A stretch of DNA of 63,993 nt, the filler included, from an uncultured bacterium (GTDB lineage: Bacteria > Hinthialibacterota > Hinthialibacteria > Hinthialibacterales > Hinthialibacteraceae): NCBI GenBank assembly GCA_964449065.1. It is 6 parts of 6 records of this genome, joined end to end, with 100 filler letters (N's around TTAATTAATTAA, not from the genome) between each part and the next. Parts side by side here need not be neighbours in the genome. Positions count along the whole stretch, not along the records: positions 10,932 to 21,748 come from CAYVAZ010000174.1; positions 21,849 to 32,484 come from CAYVAZ010000176.1; 4 more parts are not named here. One strand, written 5' to 3'. This document shows, piece by piece, positions 20,098-29,978 of the stretch (the first letter of the stretch is position 1; every line of letters begins with the position of its first letter). The position numbers and the translations under genes are program-made. Under the pieces are notes generated by a model. It did no database searches. It saw nothing but the letters and a program-made list of their open reading frames with translations, and was not told where the DNA came from.

Positions 20098-20421
20098 ATG
20101 GCTGATCCACTCAGAGGTTCACCCCAAGGCCCCGCAGGCCCCGGCCCCGTTACCCAGGGCATGCCGGGTGAGTTTCGCACCAAAGAACCCACTGTCGAAG
20201 GCGAATCGTTTTTGGATTTCATGAAAAAATCCATCAACGAAGTCAACAACATGCAGGCCGGCGCCGCATCCAAAGTTCAAAAACTTGTTACCGGAGAAAT
20301 CAAGAGCCTGCATGAAGTCATGGTCGCAACCGAAGAAGCGGGCATCGCCTTCAACCTCACTATGCAAGTCCGCAACAAACTCATTCAAGCCTGGGATGAA
20401 CTTAAACGCATGCCCGTTTAA
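20098..20421 (+). CDS. fliE: Flagellar hook-basal body complex protein FliE
   Basis: SF..F.K.SI.EVN..Q, G....LHEVMVA.EEA...F.L..QVRNKL..AW.E..RMPV. Confidence 0.92.
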   Translation: MADPLRGSPQGPAGPGPVTQGMPGEFRTKEPTVEGESFLDFMKKSINEVNNMQAGAASKVQKLVTGEIKSLHEVMVATEEAGIAFNLTMQVRNKLIQAWDELKRMPV

Positions 20422-20946
20422 AGCAATTTGAGTAACAATATGAGTTACAATATCCGTTTTGGGAGGGCGAGGCTCCCACCGAGCCGGAAGTACTGTTCAA
20501 TTCAAACAAATGTCATTTTTGTATCCGCTCTAATCGCAATTGAAACGCTTTTTTACCTCCCCTTCAAATAATCTTCAAATTTTTTTAGGAATTTCTGTTT
20601 GATTTAAAAAAAAACGGGTATATAGTATCCCTATATGTTATTGATTTTATTTCAGGTTGAGGGATTCGGTTAAGAAGTTGGATGATATATTATACTTTCC
20701 TAACATCCATACCTTCCTCCAATCCCTAAAAAATGTAAATAATTAGACTGAATTTCGTAAGGTGGGCCGCGCCTTTATGACTCGCCAATCGTGCAAACGG
20801 AAAGCAGTTTTAGTGCGGGCTTTCAGCCTGCTTTTGTCTCTCTCTCACTCGTTGCGGGGTGAGGCAAAATGAGGGTGGATTCGTTTTCTCTAACATACTC
20901 CCTTATGATTATGCGCCCAGGAGGGCTGGATTTTAATTCCATAAAA

Positions 20947-21597
20947 ATGATGAAATTATTTAGCCTAACACAAACACACCTAAATGTATTCTTATGGGTC
21001 ATTCCTATAATGGTTTGGCTCCTCTTATATTTCGTTTTCATGATGGCCGCCCCCAAACAAGTCGCCCACATCAAAGCCGACCAAAAAATGATTGCGGGCA
21101 TTCAGCAGTATCTCGAACAAAACAACATCGAACATAAAGTCGTCAGTCCAACTAAAATTGAAATTAAGGAAAGCAGAAAAGCCGATATATTGTTAAAACT
21201 CTCCTTCCAAGGTCTTCTCAGTGCGGATTACAAAGAAAGTTATGAACTCTTTGATGATTTCGGTTACGGTATGACAGAGGATATGTTTGAGTTATACAAA
21301 AAAAGGGCGCTAGAAAACCGGTTAGGTAGAACCATTACAGATGGCAATCAATCTATTTCTGATGCGTATGTAACAATAAACTTCGCATCCTTCATTGAAA
21401 ACAAGAAATCTGTAAACCCATCCACCGCATCCGTAAAACTGATCAGCGGTGAAACCATACCGGATGAAACCATCACCCAAGTTCAAGAACTCATCGCCAA
21501 ATGCTCCGATGATTTACATCCGGAAAATATAACTGTCATAAATCAAGATAATAAAGTAATGAGTAAAACAAAAGGCAATTTGGAAGATAAAACTTAA
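20947..21597 (+). CDS. FliF N-terminal (YscJ/FliF ring-building) domain only
   Basis: TM helix, YELFD....GMTE..F....KRALE..L.RTI, A.V.I, P.TASV.L, L.PENITVI.Q; stop codon coincides with a MITE terminal repeat. Confidence 0.7.
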   Translation: MMKLFSLTQTHLNVFLWVIPIMVWLLLYFVFMMAAPKQVAHIKADQKMIAGIQQYLEQNNIEHKVVSPTKIEIKESRKADILLKLSFQGLLSADYKESYELFDDFGYGMTEDMFELYKKRALENRLGRTITDGNQSISDAYVTINFASFIENKKSVNPSTASVKLISGETIPDETITQVQELIAKCSDDLHPENITVINQDNKVMSKTKGNLEDKT

Positions 21598-21748
21598 CTG
21601 ATGTTACTCAATTGATGATCGAATATTGCAAAAAAAGGGGGTTGTTAAAGACCGAATTTTCTCAATCAAACGCAAGGTCTATCGTCTTCTCCCTTTGGGA
21701 GAAGATAAGAGATGAGGGCGAAGAGAGCGATTGCTCCCTGTGATGCAA
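21595..21748. mobile_element. MITE family A, left half
   Basis: TAACTGATGTTACTCA terminal repeat; body closely matches 43044-43162. Confidence 0.7.
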
Positions 21749-21848
21749 NNNNNNNNNNNNNNNNNNNNNNNNNNNNNNNNNNNNNNNNNNNNTTAATTAA
21801 TTAANNNNNNNNNNNNNNNNNNNNNNNNNNNNNNNNNNNNNNNNNNNN
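21749..21848. other. Artificial contig linker
   Basis: N44-TTAATTAATTAA-N44. Confidence 0.98.
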
Positions 21849-23144
21849 CATCACGCGGGTGCTGCCAAAGGCCACATGCGACGCGCTGATGTTGCGCCCG
21901 GCAAAGAGGAGATTTTTGATATTGCGCGAATACAAGCAGGCGAACGGGATGTTGTACAACGGCCCCGGGATCGAAATAAAGGGAGGGTCTTCGCTATGGA
22001 CACCGCCCGGAGGGTGCAGATCGATGGCCCACCCGCCGAATGCGACACCGTCGTCGAAGGTTTCTCCATTCATGACTTCCTGCTCAATCAAAATATGATC
22101 ACCCAAAAAACGGCGGCTTTCGCGTTTGCCGGGAATGGCGCCGATCCACTCCAAGGCCCAGTTTTCGCTGTCTTTGTAATGGCCGCTGTTTTTGATTAAG
22201 TCCCAAATACCCAGCGCGGTGGAGAGCAGTTCGTCGCGGATTGTTTCGTTGTCCTTGATGGTATCCAACTCCCCGCCCCATTCGTTCCACCAAAATCCGT
22301 ATTCGTACGAGCCGATGCCGCGGTGGGGCAGTTTGCCCGGAAACTTGTGAGCGAAACTCGGCGGGGTGAATTTCATCGGGCGGTCATATTTTTTCGCCGT
22401 GAAGAGAATCGAACTGCCCAGGGTTTTGTTATCGGCTTTGGGCGGCGCCAGCGATTCGCCGTATTCATCCTGCCCTTCCCTGCCCATCCGGCCGTCAGCC
22501 CCGGCTTCGGCTCCAACACGCCCGTCCCCGGTGCAATCCAGATAAACATGGCCTTTGATGGTGAACAAATCCTCGGTGCTATGGCGGGAGGCAAGAATCG
22601 CGCCGATGGTGTTATCCGATTTCATCTTTACTTCATATACATGGGTATTCAGCAAAAGGGTGATGTTGGGTTCTTTGATGACGAATTCGTAAAGCAGAAC
22701 ATCAAAATACGGGGCGCTGCGTTGGGGATTGTTGACCGCGGTTTCCAAGCGGATTTCTTCCAATAGGCCGGATTCGCGGGAATCGGTGTCTTTACGCCCT
22801 CCGTGGCGGTCTGCCCCGACGATGTGCATGCGTACTTCGCTGGAGGCGTTGCCCCCCAAGACCGAGCGGTCTTGGATGAGGATAACCTGTGCCCCATTGC
22901 GGGCGGCGGCGATGGCGGCGCATACACCGGACATCCCTCCACCGGCGATGACCACATCCGCTTCCAGGGTTTGTGCGGTTACTAAGCCGTTGTGTTTTAA
23001 TTGGTTGGTATGAGATTTTGATCCGGCAGATGTTTCTTGCGCGCTTGCTGTTTGGGATGATTGTGTCATCCCCGCGGCGACGGCGCCTGTACCGGATAAT
23101 TGCAGAAATTTACGGCGGTCAACCGAGGCTTTTTTGGTACTCAT
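21849..23144 (-). CDS. Tat-exported FAD-dependent oxidoreductase (3' end cut by contig end)
   Basis: DRRKFL Tat motif, GGGMSG..AA..AAR.G, LGGNASSEVR, DCTGDG, GKRESRR. Confidence 0.88.
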
Positions 23145-23347
23145 TATGTCTGCTCCCCATCAGTGTGCTTTATACATAATTCTAAAGAAAAATACCAATA
23201 ATCATAGCGAAATGTCTTCTTTATCGATCTGTTTTTTTTGTAATAAATTGTACCCTTAAGCAAAAACTTGTGTTTGTTATGTTGTAAGACAAACTTGTGT
23301 ATAATACAATATTGTAGATTTAGAAGTGAATCCACTAACGTTACAAG

Positions 23348-24340
23348 GTGAAACAAATGAAAATCCGGTTCTTTACATCTCTATGTTTGATGATGGTTGC
23401 CGTTCATACGGCTGGATGGTCTCAACCCGCGGCGGAGTTTGACACCACCAAATTTGATTTTGGGGTAGCCTATCCGCAAAACAAACTGGTGCATGATTTT
23501 ATTTTCAAAAATGCAGGGAACGAAGAATTAAAAATCGAACAGGTTCGTACCTCATGCGGATGCACCGCTGCCGTGTTATCCAAAGAAAGTATCCCTGCGG
23601 GCGCGACGGGCGCTATATCTGTTACCATGTCGACTTCCGTGCCCGGAAAAATGCACAAGACCGCCACGGTCGTAACCAATGATCCAAGAAATCGTGAGAT
23701 TGTGTTGGATATCCTTGCCAATGTCCGCGACATTTGGCAATGGTCTCCCAAGACCAGCTTTCAGTTCCGCGAAGTACCGTTCAACTCGTCCGCCCAGCAA
23801 GAATTGACGTTGACAAATATTGAAAGCGAAGCGTTTGCCATTGAAGGGTATAAAGTATCCCGGCCGGAATTTTCGGTTGAGCATGAAAAAGTAGACAAAG
23901 ATAAAGTCAAGTTCATTGTTACATTCAATTCCGGAACGATAAAAGAAACGATTACCGATTCGTTGGAGATTCGCACCGACAATCCCCATCAGCCGGTCAT
24001 TCGTGCCACATTATATGGGCAGGTGGTGGGAAACATTAAATACGACCGCCAGCGTTTGTATTTCGGTTCGGTACGTGCCGGAGAAACGGTTACCCGTGAA
24101 CTGACCGCCACCAATACCGACCCCAATGCCAGCGATTTTCAAATTACAGAAATTACCTGCGATAATGAAAATGTATCCGGTGTGGTGATGGGCAGCACGG
24201 ATGATGGCGGGATTAAAATGAAGTTTACCTACAACGCGCCTAAAAAGCCCGGATACTATAACGGAGAAATCCATATCAAAACCAATGTGCCATCGGAACG
24301 GCTTTCCGTACTTCCGTTTTCCGTATTGGTACGAAAATAA
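23348..24340 (+). CDS. DUF1573 domain exported protein
   Basis: Signal peptide, DFG...H.F.F.N.G...L.I..V.TSCGCT, TNDP; tandem Ig-like folds. Confidence 0.8.
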   Translation: MKQMKIRFFTSLCLMMVAVHTAGWSQPAAEFDTTKFDFGVAYPQNKLVHDFIFKNAGNEELKIEQVRTSCGCTAAVLSKESIPAGATGAISVTMSTSVPGKMHKTATVVTNDPRNREIVLDILANVRDIWQWSPKTSFQFREVPFNSSAQQELTLTNIESEAFAIEGYKVSRPEFSVEHEKVDKDKVKFIVTFNSGTIKETITDSLEIRTDNPHQPVIRATLYGQVVGNIKYDRQRLYFGSVRAGETVTRELTATNTDPNASDFQITEITCDNENVSGVVMGSTDDGGIKMKFTYNAPKKPGYYNGEIHIKTNVPSERLSVLPFSVLVRK

Positions 24341-24358
24341 CCTTTATTGAAAGATCCA

Positions 24359-24829
24359 ATGAATAAACTTACATCCATATTTATCCAAACCCTTCTGATT
24401 CTAGTGATCGGTATCGGCATCGGATTTTTGGTGAACGCCACCTCGTCCGACCCTCTGCCTTTGGTGCGTGAAGAGGTAACGCAGCAGGAGATTGAGGAAC
24501 GCTGGGAAACAGCGGCGGCGGAAGAAGTCTTTCAGCACTTTGAAGAGGGAACCGCCATCATCATCGATGCGCGGGACCCGAATGAATACGATGCCGGGCA
24601 TATCCCCGGTTCCATCAATCTGCCGGAGACCGGCTTTTTAGAAGCATTTCAAGAGTATGGCGAATCGCTTCCGCGGGAAATTCCATTGATCGTCTATTGC
24701 CAGGGCGGCGATTGCGACCAAAGCCATGCCGTGTTGGAACAACTCGAATCGTTTGGGTTTGAGGAGCTCATCCTGTATCAAGAAGGATGGAACGGCTGGA
24801 AAGAAAAAGGATATCCAACAGAACCATGA
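24359..24829 (+). CDS. Membrane-anchored rhodanese-like protein
   Basis: IDAR...EY.AGHIPGSINL, VYCQGGDC..S, GW.GW. Confidence 0.85.
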   Translation: MNKLTSIFIQTLLILVIGIGIGFLVNATSSDPLPLVREEVTQQEIEERWETAAAEEVFQHFEEGTAIIIDARDPNEYDAGHIPGSINLPETGFLEAFQEYGESLPREIPLIVYCQGGDCDQSHAVLEQLESFGFEELILYQEGWNGWKEKGYPTEP

Positions 24830-25326
24830 TCGATACGATATTTTACTATGTAAAACATCCCTACACAGCGCTGGTTTGCCGTATAGCCGTCGGGTTGGTA
24901 TTGGTAATTGCAGGTGGAATGAAATTGTTTGATATGCCCACGCTGGCACAGAACATTGAGAATTTCCGCTTGTTGCCTGTATCATGGGTGAATGTTGTCG
25001 CCATTATTTTGCCGCCGGTTGAAGTGATTGCCGGATTGTGTTTGATCTTCGGGTTTGCGATTAACGGGTCGCTTTTTATCGCGACTTCGTTGTTTGTGAT
25101 TTTTGGAATCGCGATTGAATCGGCGATTCTACGTGGATTGGATATAGAATGCGGATGCTTTGGGACATCCGATGCGGATATGGTGGGTTTAAAAGCTCTC
25201 ATACGCGATGTCATCTTTTTAATAGCAACGATTCCTGTATGGCTGACACCCAAACAAATTTTCGCCATTGATACCGGTTGCTGCGTGCCGGTTGTGCATC
25301 AAAAAGCAGATGAAGCGGAGACGTAA
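24826..25326 (+). CDS. MauE/DoxX-family redox-associated membrane protein
   Basis: AG..K, LP.VE...G..L, RGLDIECGCFG, RD. Confidence 0.85.
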   Translation: MIDTIFYYVKHPYTALVCRIAVGLVLVIAGGMKLFDMPTLAQNIENFRLLPVSWVNVVAIILPPVEVIAGLCLIFGFAINGSLFIATSLFVIFGIAIESAILRGLDIECGCFGTSDADMVGLKALIRDVIFLIATIPVWLTPKQIFAIDTGCCVPVVHQKADEAET

Positions 25327-25334
25327 GCGTTTTT

Positions 25335-25916
25335 CTATGCCTTTTTGGTAATGAGGATGATGCCGGTTGACCAGTTCAGTTTGGTGACGAATCCGTTGCT
25401 TAATTTGTCAAACTTTTTGATGAGGTCATCTACTTTAGAACCGTGGTCTTCCGGCCAGGTGTATTGCGGCAGCATATCATCCACAATATAGATGCCGTGG
25501 GGTTTAAGAAGATGAAAAGCTTTCTCGAATTCTTGGAACTTCCCGCCATAGGTATCCGCAAAAATCAAATCAAACGAATTGTCTTTCAGCGAATCGATGA
25601 TCGCTAAACTGTCCGCGTCGTGGAATGAAATGCGGGAATCATCTGCCAAGTGCTGTTTGGCAACTTCCATCACCCCTTCATTGTTATCAACCGTGATGAG
25701 TTGAGAGTGATCATCCATGCCGTCCAGCAGCCAGGCGCAAGCCATGCCGGTACCGGTTCCCAGTTCCAAAAACATACCGCCGGGTTTGGAAGCGGCCAGG
25801 GTCCGTAACAAGGAACCAGTCAACTGATCGGATGATAGTTTGAATCCGTATTGTTCTGTGGCGGCTTCCAATTCGGAAAGCACCGCCGGAGGGTTTAAAT
25901 TTTCGTGATCGATCAT
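25335..25916 (-). CDS. Class I SAM-dependent O-methyltransferase
   Basis: LELGTGTG, FDLIFAD, GIYIVDD. Confidence 0.85.
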   Translation of the reverse strand: MIDHENLNPPAVLSELEAATEQYGFKLSSDQLTGSLLRTLAASKPGGMFLELGTGTGMACAWLLDGMDDHSQLITVDNNEGVMEVAKQHLADDSRISFHDADSLAIIDSLKDNSFDLIFADTYGGKFQEFEKAFHLLKPHGIYIVDDMLPQYTWPEDHGSKVDDLIKKFDKLSNGFVTKLNWSTGIILITKKA

Positions 25917-25928
25917 ACGAACGGTCTC

Positions 25929-26423
25929 TTACACACGGACATTCAACCCTGCCCGAATTGGCTGCGCGGCTTTTTTCGTACCACCGACGGCATAGACCCC
26001 GCTTTGCTGCGGTTGAACCAAGTGTTGGATTTCTTGATTCAAGGTGTCCATCGAGCGGTTTAGCATATCGGCGTTGACTTGGTTTTGCCGCTGCAACTCT
26101 TGAACGGTATCTAACAACGCTTTGCCGGTTGATTCAAGCTCTGCTTTATTGTAGGAAGGCAGAACAGCAAGGATTTCTTTTAACGTTGGAATTTTTGATT
26201 CCAATTGCAACTCTTCCGCAATGACTAAAGAGATGGTTTGGCGTTCGTGCTCCAACGCGGCGGCTTCATCGGCCAAGGCGGTGAGTTGTTCCGCGATCTG
26301 AAAGACCTTGTCGGGCTCTCCCAAGGCTAAGGCGTTTTGTTCTTCCTTCTTTAGCTTTAGAATCGCTTGGTGATTGGCTTGTTCTTTTTTGAGGATATGA
26401 ATGAGAGGATGAATATCGGTCAT
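25929..26423 (-). CDS. flgN: Flagellar export chaperone FlgN
   Basis: L..LE.ER, TLKEI, L...N..N..L, terminal Y...G; follows flgJ. Confidence 0.75.
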   Translation of the reverse strand: MTDIHPLIHILKKEQANHQAILKLKKEEQNALALGEPDKVFQIAEQLTALADEAAALEHERQTISLVIAEELQLESKIPTLKEILAVLPSYNKAELESTGKALLDTVQELQRQNQVNADMLNRSMDTLNQEIQHLVQPQQSGVYAVGGTKKAAQPIRAGLNVRV

Positions 26424-26442
26424 GATTTACCTTCCTTCCGGC

Positions 26443-27021
26443 TTATAAACTGTTGTCGATTTTATTGCTGGGGATCATGTGTTCTTTTCGAATCGGGATT
26501 GGCCCGGTTTTCTCTTGCGGGATATCAATCCATGGTGTTGGATTGTGAATGCCGATCATTTTTGTATGGGGCTGCGGCAACGCGATGAAATCCTCTGTTC
26601 GCAATTCATCTTTGCGGATCATATCGGAGTTTACCGGCTTGAATTCGGACGGTTGTTCTTTTATCTCTGCCGGATCAACAATGTTTTTGTTGCGTTCAAC
26701 CAGTTCCTTGAAGATAACCCCTTCAATTCCAAGGTCGGTGGATTTTGTCAGTTCTTCCACCAGATAGTCGTCCGCGATTTGCTCGTACATCTTAGTGGAA
26801 TGCGATTTCTCAATCAGTCCGTTTTCGGGAACGGTTTTGCGCATTTCTTTCATCAACATGCGAAAGACCATGTTCTCAAACTGGTTGGCGACATCGCGCA
26901 TTTCGCTTTCTTTCATCTTGCCGCTTTGGCCGCGGGTGGAAATCATATTAAGTTTTTGCAGTTGCGCGTCGTCTTTTGACAATGTCGCGGCTGCTGGGTT
27001 GATACCGGGTAATGCGGACAT
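26443..27021 (-). CDS. flgJ: FlgJ rod-binding domain protein (no muramidase domain)
   Basis: A.QFE..F..L.KEMRKTV, D.L...L, G+.. Confidence 0.8.
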   Translation of the reverse strand: MSALPGINPAAATLSKDDAQLQKLNMISTRGQSGKMKESEMRDVANQFENMVFRMLMKEMRKTVPENGLIEKSHSTKMYEQIADDYLVEELTKSTDLGIEGVIFKELVERNKNIVDPAEIKEQPSEFKPVNSDMIRKDELRTEDFIALPQPHTKMIGIHNPTPWIDIPQEKTGPIPIRKEHMIPSNKIDNSL

Positions 27022-27106
27022 ACGATCACCTTCATGTTATGCTTTTTTTTACGCGGGCTTTCATCTTGCTTTTTAAGATTGCAGGCAAAAATACCTGCGC
27101 TTCAAA

Positions 27107-28258
27107 TTATTGTGTCACAATTTCAGCTTTGATGGCCCCCGCGGCGGCCATGGATTGGAAGATGGCGATTAAGTCGCGCGGTGTGTAACCCAATTGGTTA
27201 AGATTCTGTACCAACTCGCCAACGGTTGTGCCTTCAACAACAGCGATTTCCGGGGCATCTTCTTCGGCTGCTACTTCGACGTTCTCTACCGGCACTCCCG
27301 GTTCCGCGAACCCGCCGCCTTGTACTTCTTCCGTGGTTTTGATGGTGATGCGCAAGTTGCCTTGAGCGATTACGACATTGCGCACGCGGATATTCTGCCC
27401 GGCGACGACTGTTCCGGTGCGTTCGTTGATCACGATTTTATTGGGCTCATCGGTTTCGATTTCCAAATCATCCACAAACGCGATTAAACTGACCAAAGAG
27501 CCAAAGGCTTTGTCTCCCAATAAAAAGTCGCCTTCGGGGCTCATGCCGACGAATACGCGGACCGAACCGGAGTCTTCAGCCACTGCGACATTCAAGTTGG
27601 CGGCGGAATTGATTTTGCGCTCTAAATTAGACGCGGTTTTGAAGTCTTGATCGTTCAGCAGCCAGCGTAAGGAATTGCCTTGCTGCAAGATGTCATGGTC
27701 GATCATCTCGCCTTCTAAAATGACGCCATTCGGGATGGTGCCGACGAGAGGATGGTTTTGCTGTACCACGGCGCCGCCCCCTCCACCGCCGCCTTGCACA
27801 CGAAAGCCGCCGATGGATAGACCGCCCTGCGCCAAGCCGTGAATTTGGTTATCCGCCCCCAATAAGGGAGTCGGCAGCAACACACCGCCCTGCAAATTTT
27901 CCGCTTGGCCGATGCTGGTTACACGGGCATCGATGCGTTTGCCGGGACGCGCGAAGGGGGGAATAGTCGCTTCAACCCACACCGCGGCGACGTTGTCGGG
28001 TATGACTTCTTCCGCCCGAACCTTTACGTTCATCATGCCGAGCATATTGGCGAGCGATTGCCGCGTAAAACCTTGCCGGCCGTCTCCGGTGCCTTCCAAT
28101 CCGGCCACCAAGCCATAACCGTAGATAATGTTATCCTGCATGCCGTCCAGTTCGGCGACATCTTTTACCCGTGAGATCAGTGGCTGGGATTGTGCAGCGG
28201 CTGCAAACAAGACAAACAAGCAAATTGTAAAGAAGGTGCTGCATTTCATGGTGGTCAC
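27107..28258 (-). CDS. flgI: Flagellar P-ring protein
   Basis: GYGLVAGL.GTGD, NVAAV.V.A.IPPFA.PG, DF.TA, INERTGTVV.G, PRDLIAI.Q. Confidence 0.95.
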   Translation of the reverse strand: MTTMKCSTFFTICLFVLFAAAAQSQPLISRVKDVAELDGMQDNIIYGYGLVAGLEGTGDGRQGFTRQSLANMLGMMNVKVRAEEVIPDNVAAVWVEATIPPFARPGKRIDARVTSIGQAENLQGGVLLPTPLLGADNQIHGLAQGGLSIGGFRVQGGGGGGGAVVQQNHPLVGTIPNGVILEGEMIDHDILQQGNSLRWLLNDQDFKTASNLERKINSAANLNVAVAEDSGSVRVFVGMSPEGDFLLGDKAFGSLVSLIAFVDDLEIETDEPNKIVINERTGTVVAGQNIRVRNVVIAQGNLRITIKTTEEVQGGGFAEPGVPVENVEVAAEEDAPEIAVVEGTTVGELVQNLNQLGYTPRDLIAIFQSMAAAGAIKAEIVTQ

Positions 28259-28280
28259 CGTTTTGAATCAATGATCCTTT

Positions 28281-28889
28281 TTAGAATATAAAGTTAAACA
28301 GTTTTTGAATGAATGATGGATTCGCCATTTTCGTGAGAGCCCCGCTGCCCAGATAGCTGATTTCCGCGTCGGCAACCTGGGTTGAGTTTATGGTGTTGTC
28401 GACGTTAATATCTTGCGGCCGCACCTTGCCGGACAGCACAATAATCTTTTGTTCTTCACCCACACGCAAGGTTTTACGGGCTTCAATTAAATAATTGCCG
28501 CGTTGGTCGATCTTGACAATGGTGGCCGCGATTTGCGTGGCAAAGGTGCTTTCCCGTTCAACCTCGGTTTCACCTTCAAAGTCATTGGTGCTGCTGAACT
28601 GCAACTGAGGCGCCTGCCCCTGCCCGAATACTTTGTTCATAAACCGGTTGTTGAAGATCACACTGAAAATGCCGTTGAAAGTGTGTTCCCGTTCGGCTTC
28701 GCCGTCCGCAATATCCGTGGCTTGGTTGTTTTCTTGGACGAGAATCGTGATGATATCCCCCACTTGTGAAGCATTGGCGCCGGTATACAGCGAATTGACA
28801 TTGGAATCTTCCGTCCAGAGAGAGCGTGCTTGTCCGGCATGGGCGGTTAGGATCATAAGTGCGATTGCAATTACGCGAAAACGTGTCAT
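28281..28889 (-). CDS. flgH: Flagellar L-ring protein
   Basis: SLW, A..VGDIITI.V.E, GN..IE..K, LSG.VRP.DI..DN.I.S..VADA.I.Y.G.G. Confidence 0.9.
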   Translation of the reverse strand: MTRFRVIAIALMILTAHAGQARSLWTEDSNVNSLYTGANASQVGDIITILVQENNQATDIADGEAEREHTFNGIFSVIFNNRFMNKVFGQGQAPQLQFSSTNDFEGETEVERESTFATQIAATIVKIDQRGNYLIEARKTLRVGEEQKIIVLSGKVRPQDINVDNTINSTQVADAEISYLGSGALTKMANPSFIQKLFNFIF

Positions 28890-28924
28890 CGGTTTGACTC
28901 CTTTATTTCGTTAGAACTATTCCA

Positions 28925-29935
28925 TCATGAATTGGTAACGATTTCAACAACTTGGCTGTTCAATACGCGTGCGTTCATTACCTTGCCGGTCACTTCCATT
29001 TTAATGGGAATGATATCGCCGGGTGCGCCCCGGCTTTCCGCTTTGGCTGTCGTCTGTAAAGTGAATTTGTCATTGTTCAGCATCGCCCGCACGACTTCGC
29101 CGCGGTTGACTACATAATTGGTTTCCAGCATATTCCGGGTCAAAATCTCGGTGTTGCGGATATGGTTGCGGCATTTCTTTCCGATGATTTCCCCAGGAGA
29201 ACTTATATACAGTTTATCTTTGGTTTCTTGGTCGATAAAGCGTACTTCTTTCCGCAAGTGATCCGGTTGGATTACGGTGCCGCGGGAAAGGTTGGTCACC
29301 GGCATGTAAACATTCCGCTTTTTTGCCACGTTGGCCAAAATGGCCATTTCATCGATCACGATTCGATCTTGCAAAAACCGGATGTTGTAGCGCGATGTGC
29401 CCAATAGATTGGGATTAACCCGTTCGACATGAATTTCATATTCTCCCGGAGGCAGCCACGCGTCGTTGGCCGGAGAAGATATCACTTGCAGACGCATCCT
29501 TTCGGGTGATGCACCGGTTTCTTTTCGAATGTGTTGTTCGACTGCTTCAACCATATCCTCACGGGTTATTTTTTGTCCCGGTCCGTATACATCGACCAGC
29601 TTGTTTCCTAGAAATTGTATGGTTAAAGTGTCAATGTGTGCTTTGCGTAAGGCCAAGATAATTTGATGGTGCGCCAGACGGCGGTGGGTACCCGGTTCGG
29701 GAACTTCCATCAACGGTACCGTAATAATTTCTTTGATAAATTCCGCATCCGGGCTTTTGATGGTGTCAGCGATGTCCGATAAATAGAGAACCGTGCTGGT
29801 GCCGCTGACAATGTGCTTTTTGGGCAATTGAATCCAGGTATAGTCATCACGCTGCAACGCGTCCGCATTTACGCCAAAAAACACGGCAAGCAATGCAATA
29901 CATATTCGAATTGGTGATGTTTGTGCTCGTTTCAT
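28925..29935 (-). CDS. flgA: Flagellar P-ring formation chaperone
   Basis: Signal peptide; C-terminal V.RGE.V...A...G..GD.I.+ SAF-like motif; lies between flgG and flgH. Confidence 0.8.
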   Translation of the reverse strand: MKRAQTSPIRICIALLAVFFGVNADALQRDDYTWIQLPKKHIVSGTSTVLYLSDIADTIKSPDAEFIKEIITVPLMEVPEPGTHRRLAHHQIILALRKAHIDTLTIQFLGNKLVDVYGPGQKITREDMVEAVEQHIRKETGASPERMRLQVISSPANDAWLPPGEYEIHVERVNPNLLGTSRYNIRFLQDRIVIDEMAILANVAKKRNVYMPVTNLSRGTVIQPDHLRKEVRFIDQETKDKLYISSPGEIIGKKCRNHIRNTEILTRNMLETNYVVNRGEVVRAMLNNDKFTLQTTAKAESRGAPGDIIPIKMEVTGKVMNARVLNSQVVEIVTNS

Positions 29936-29978
29936 TTCCCATTCTCACATTCTAATCTCTAATCTCTGCTTTTAAAAA

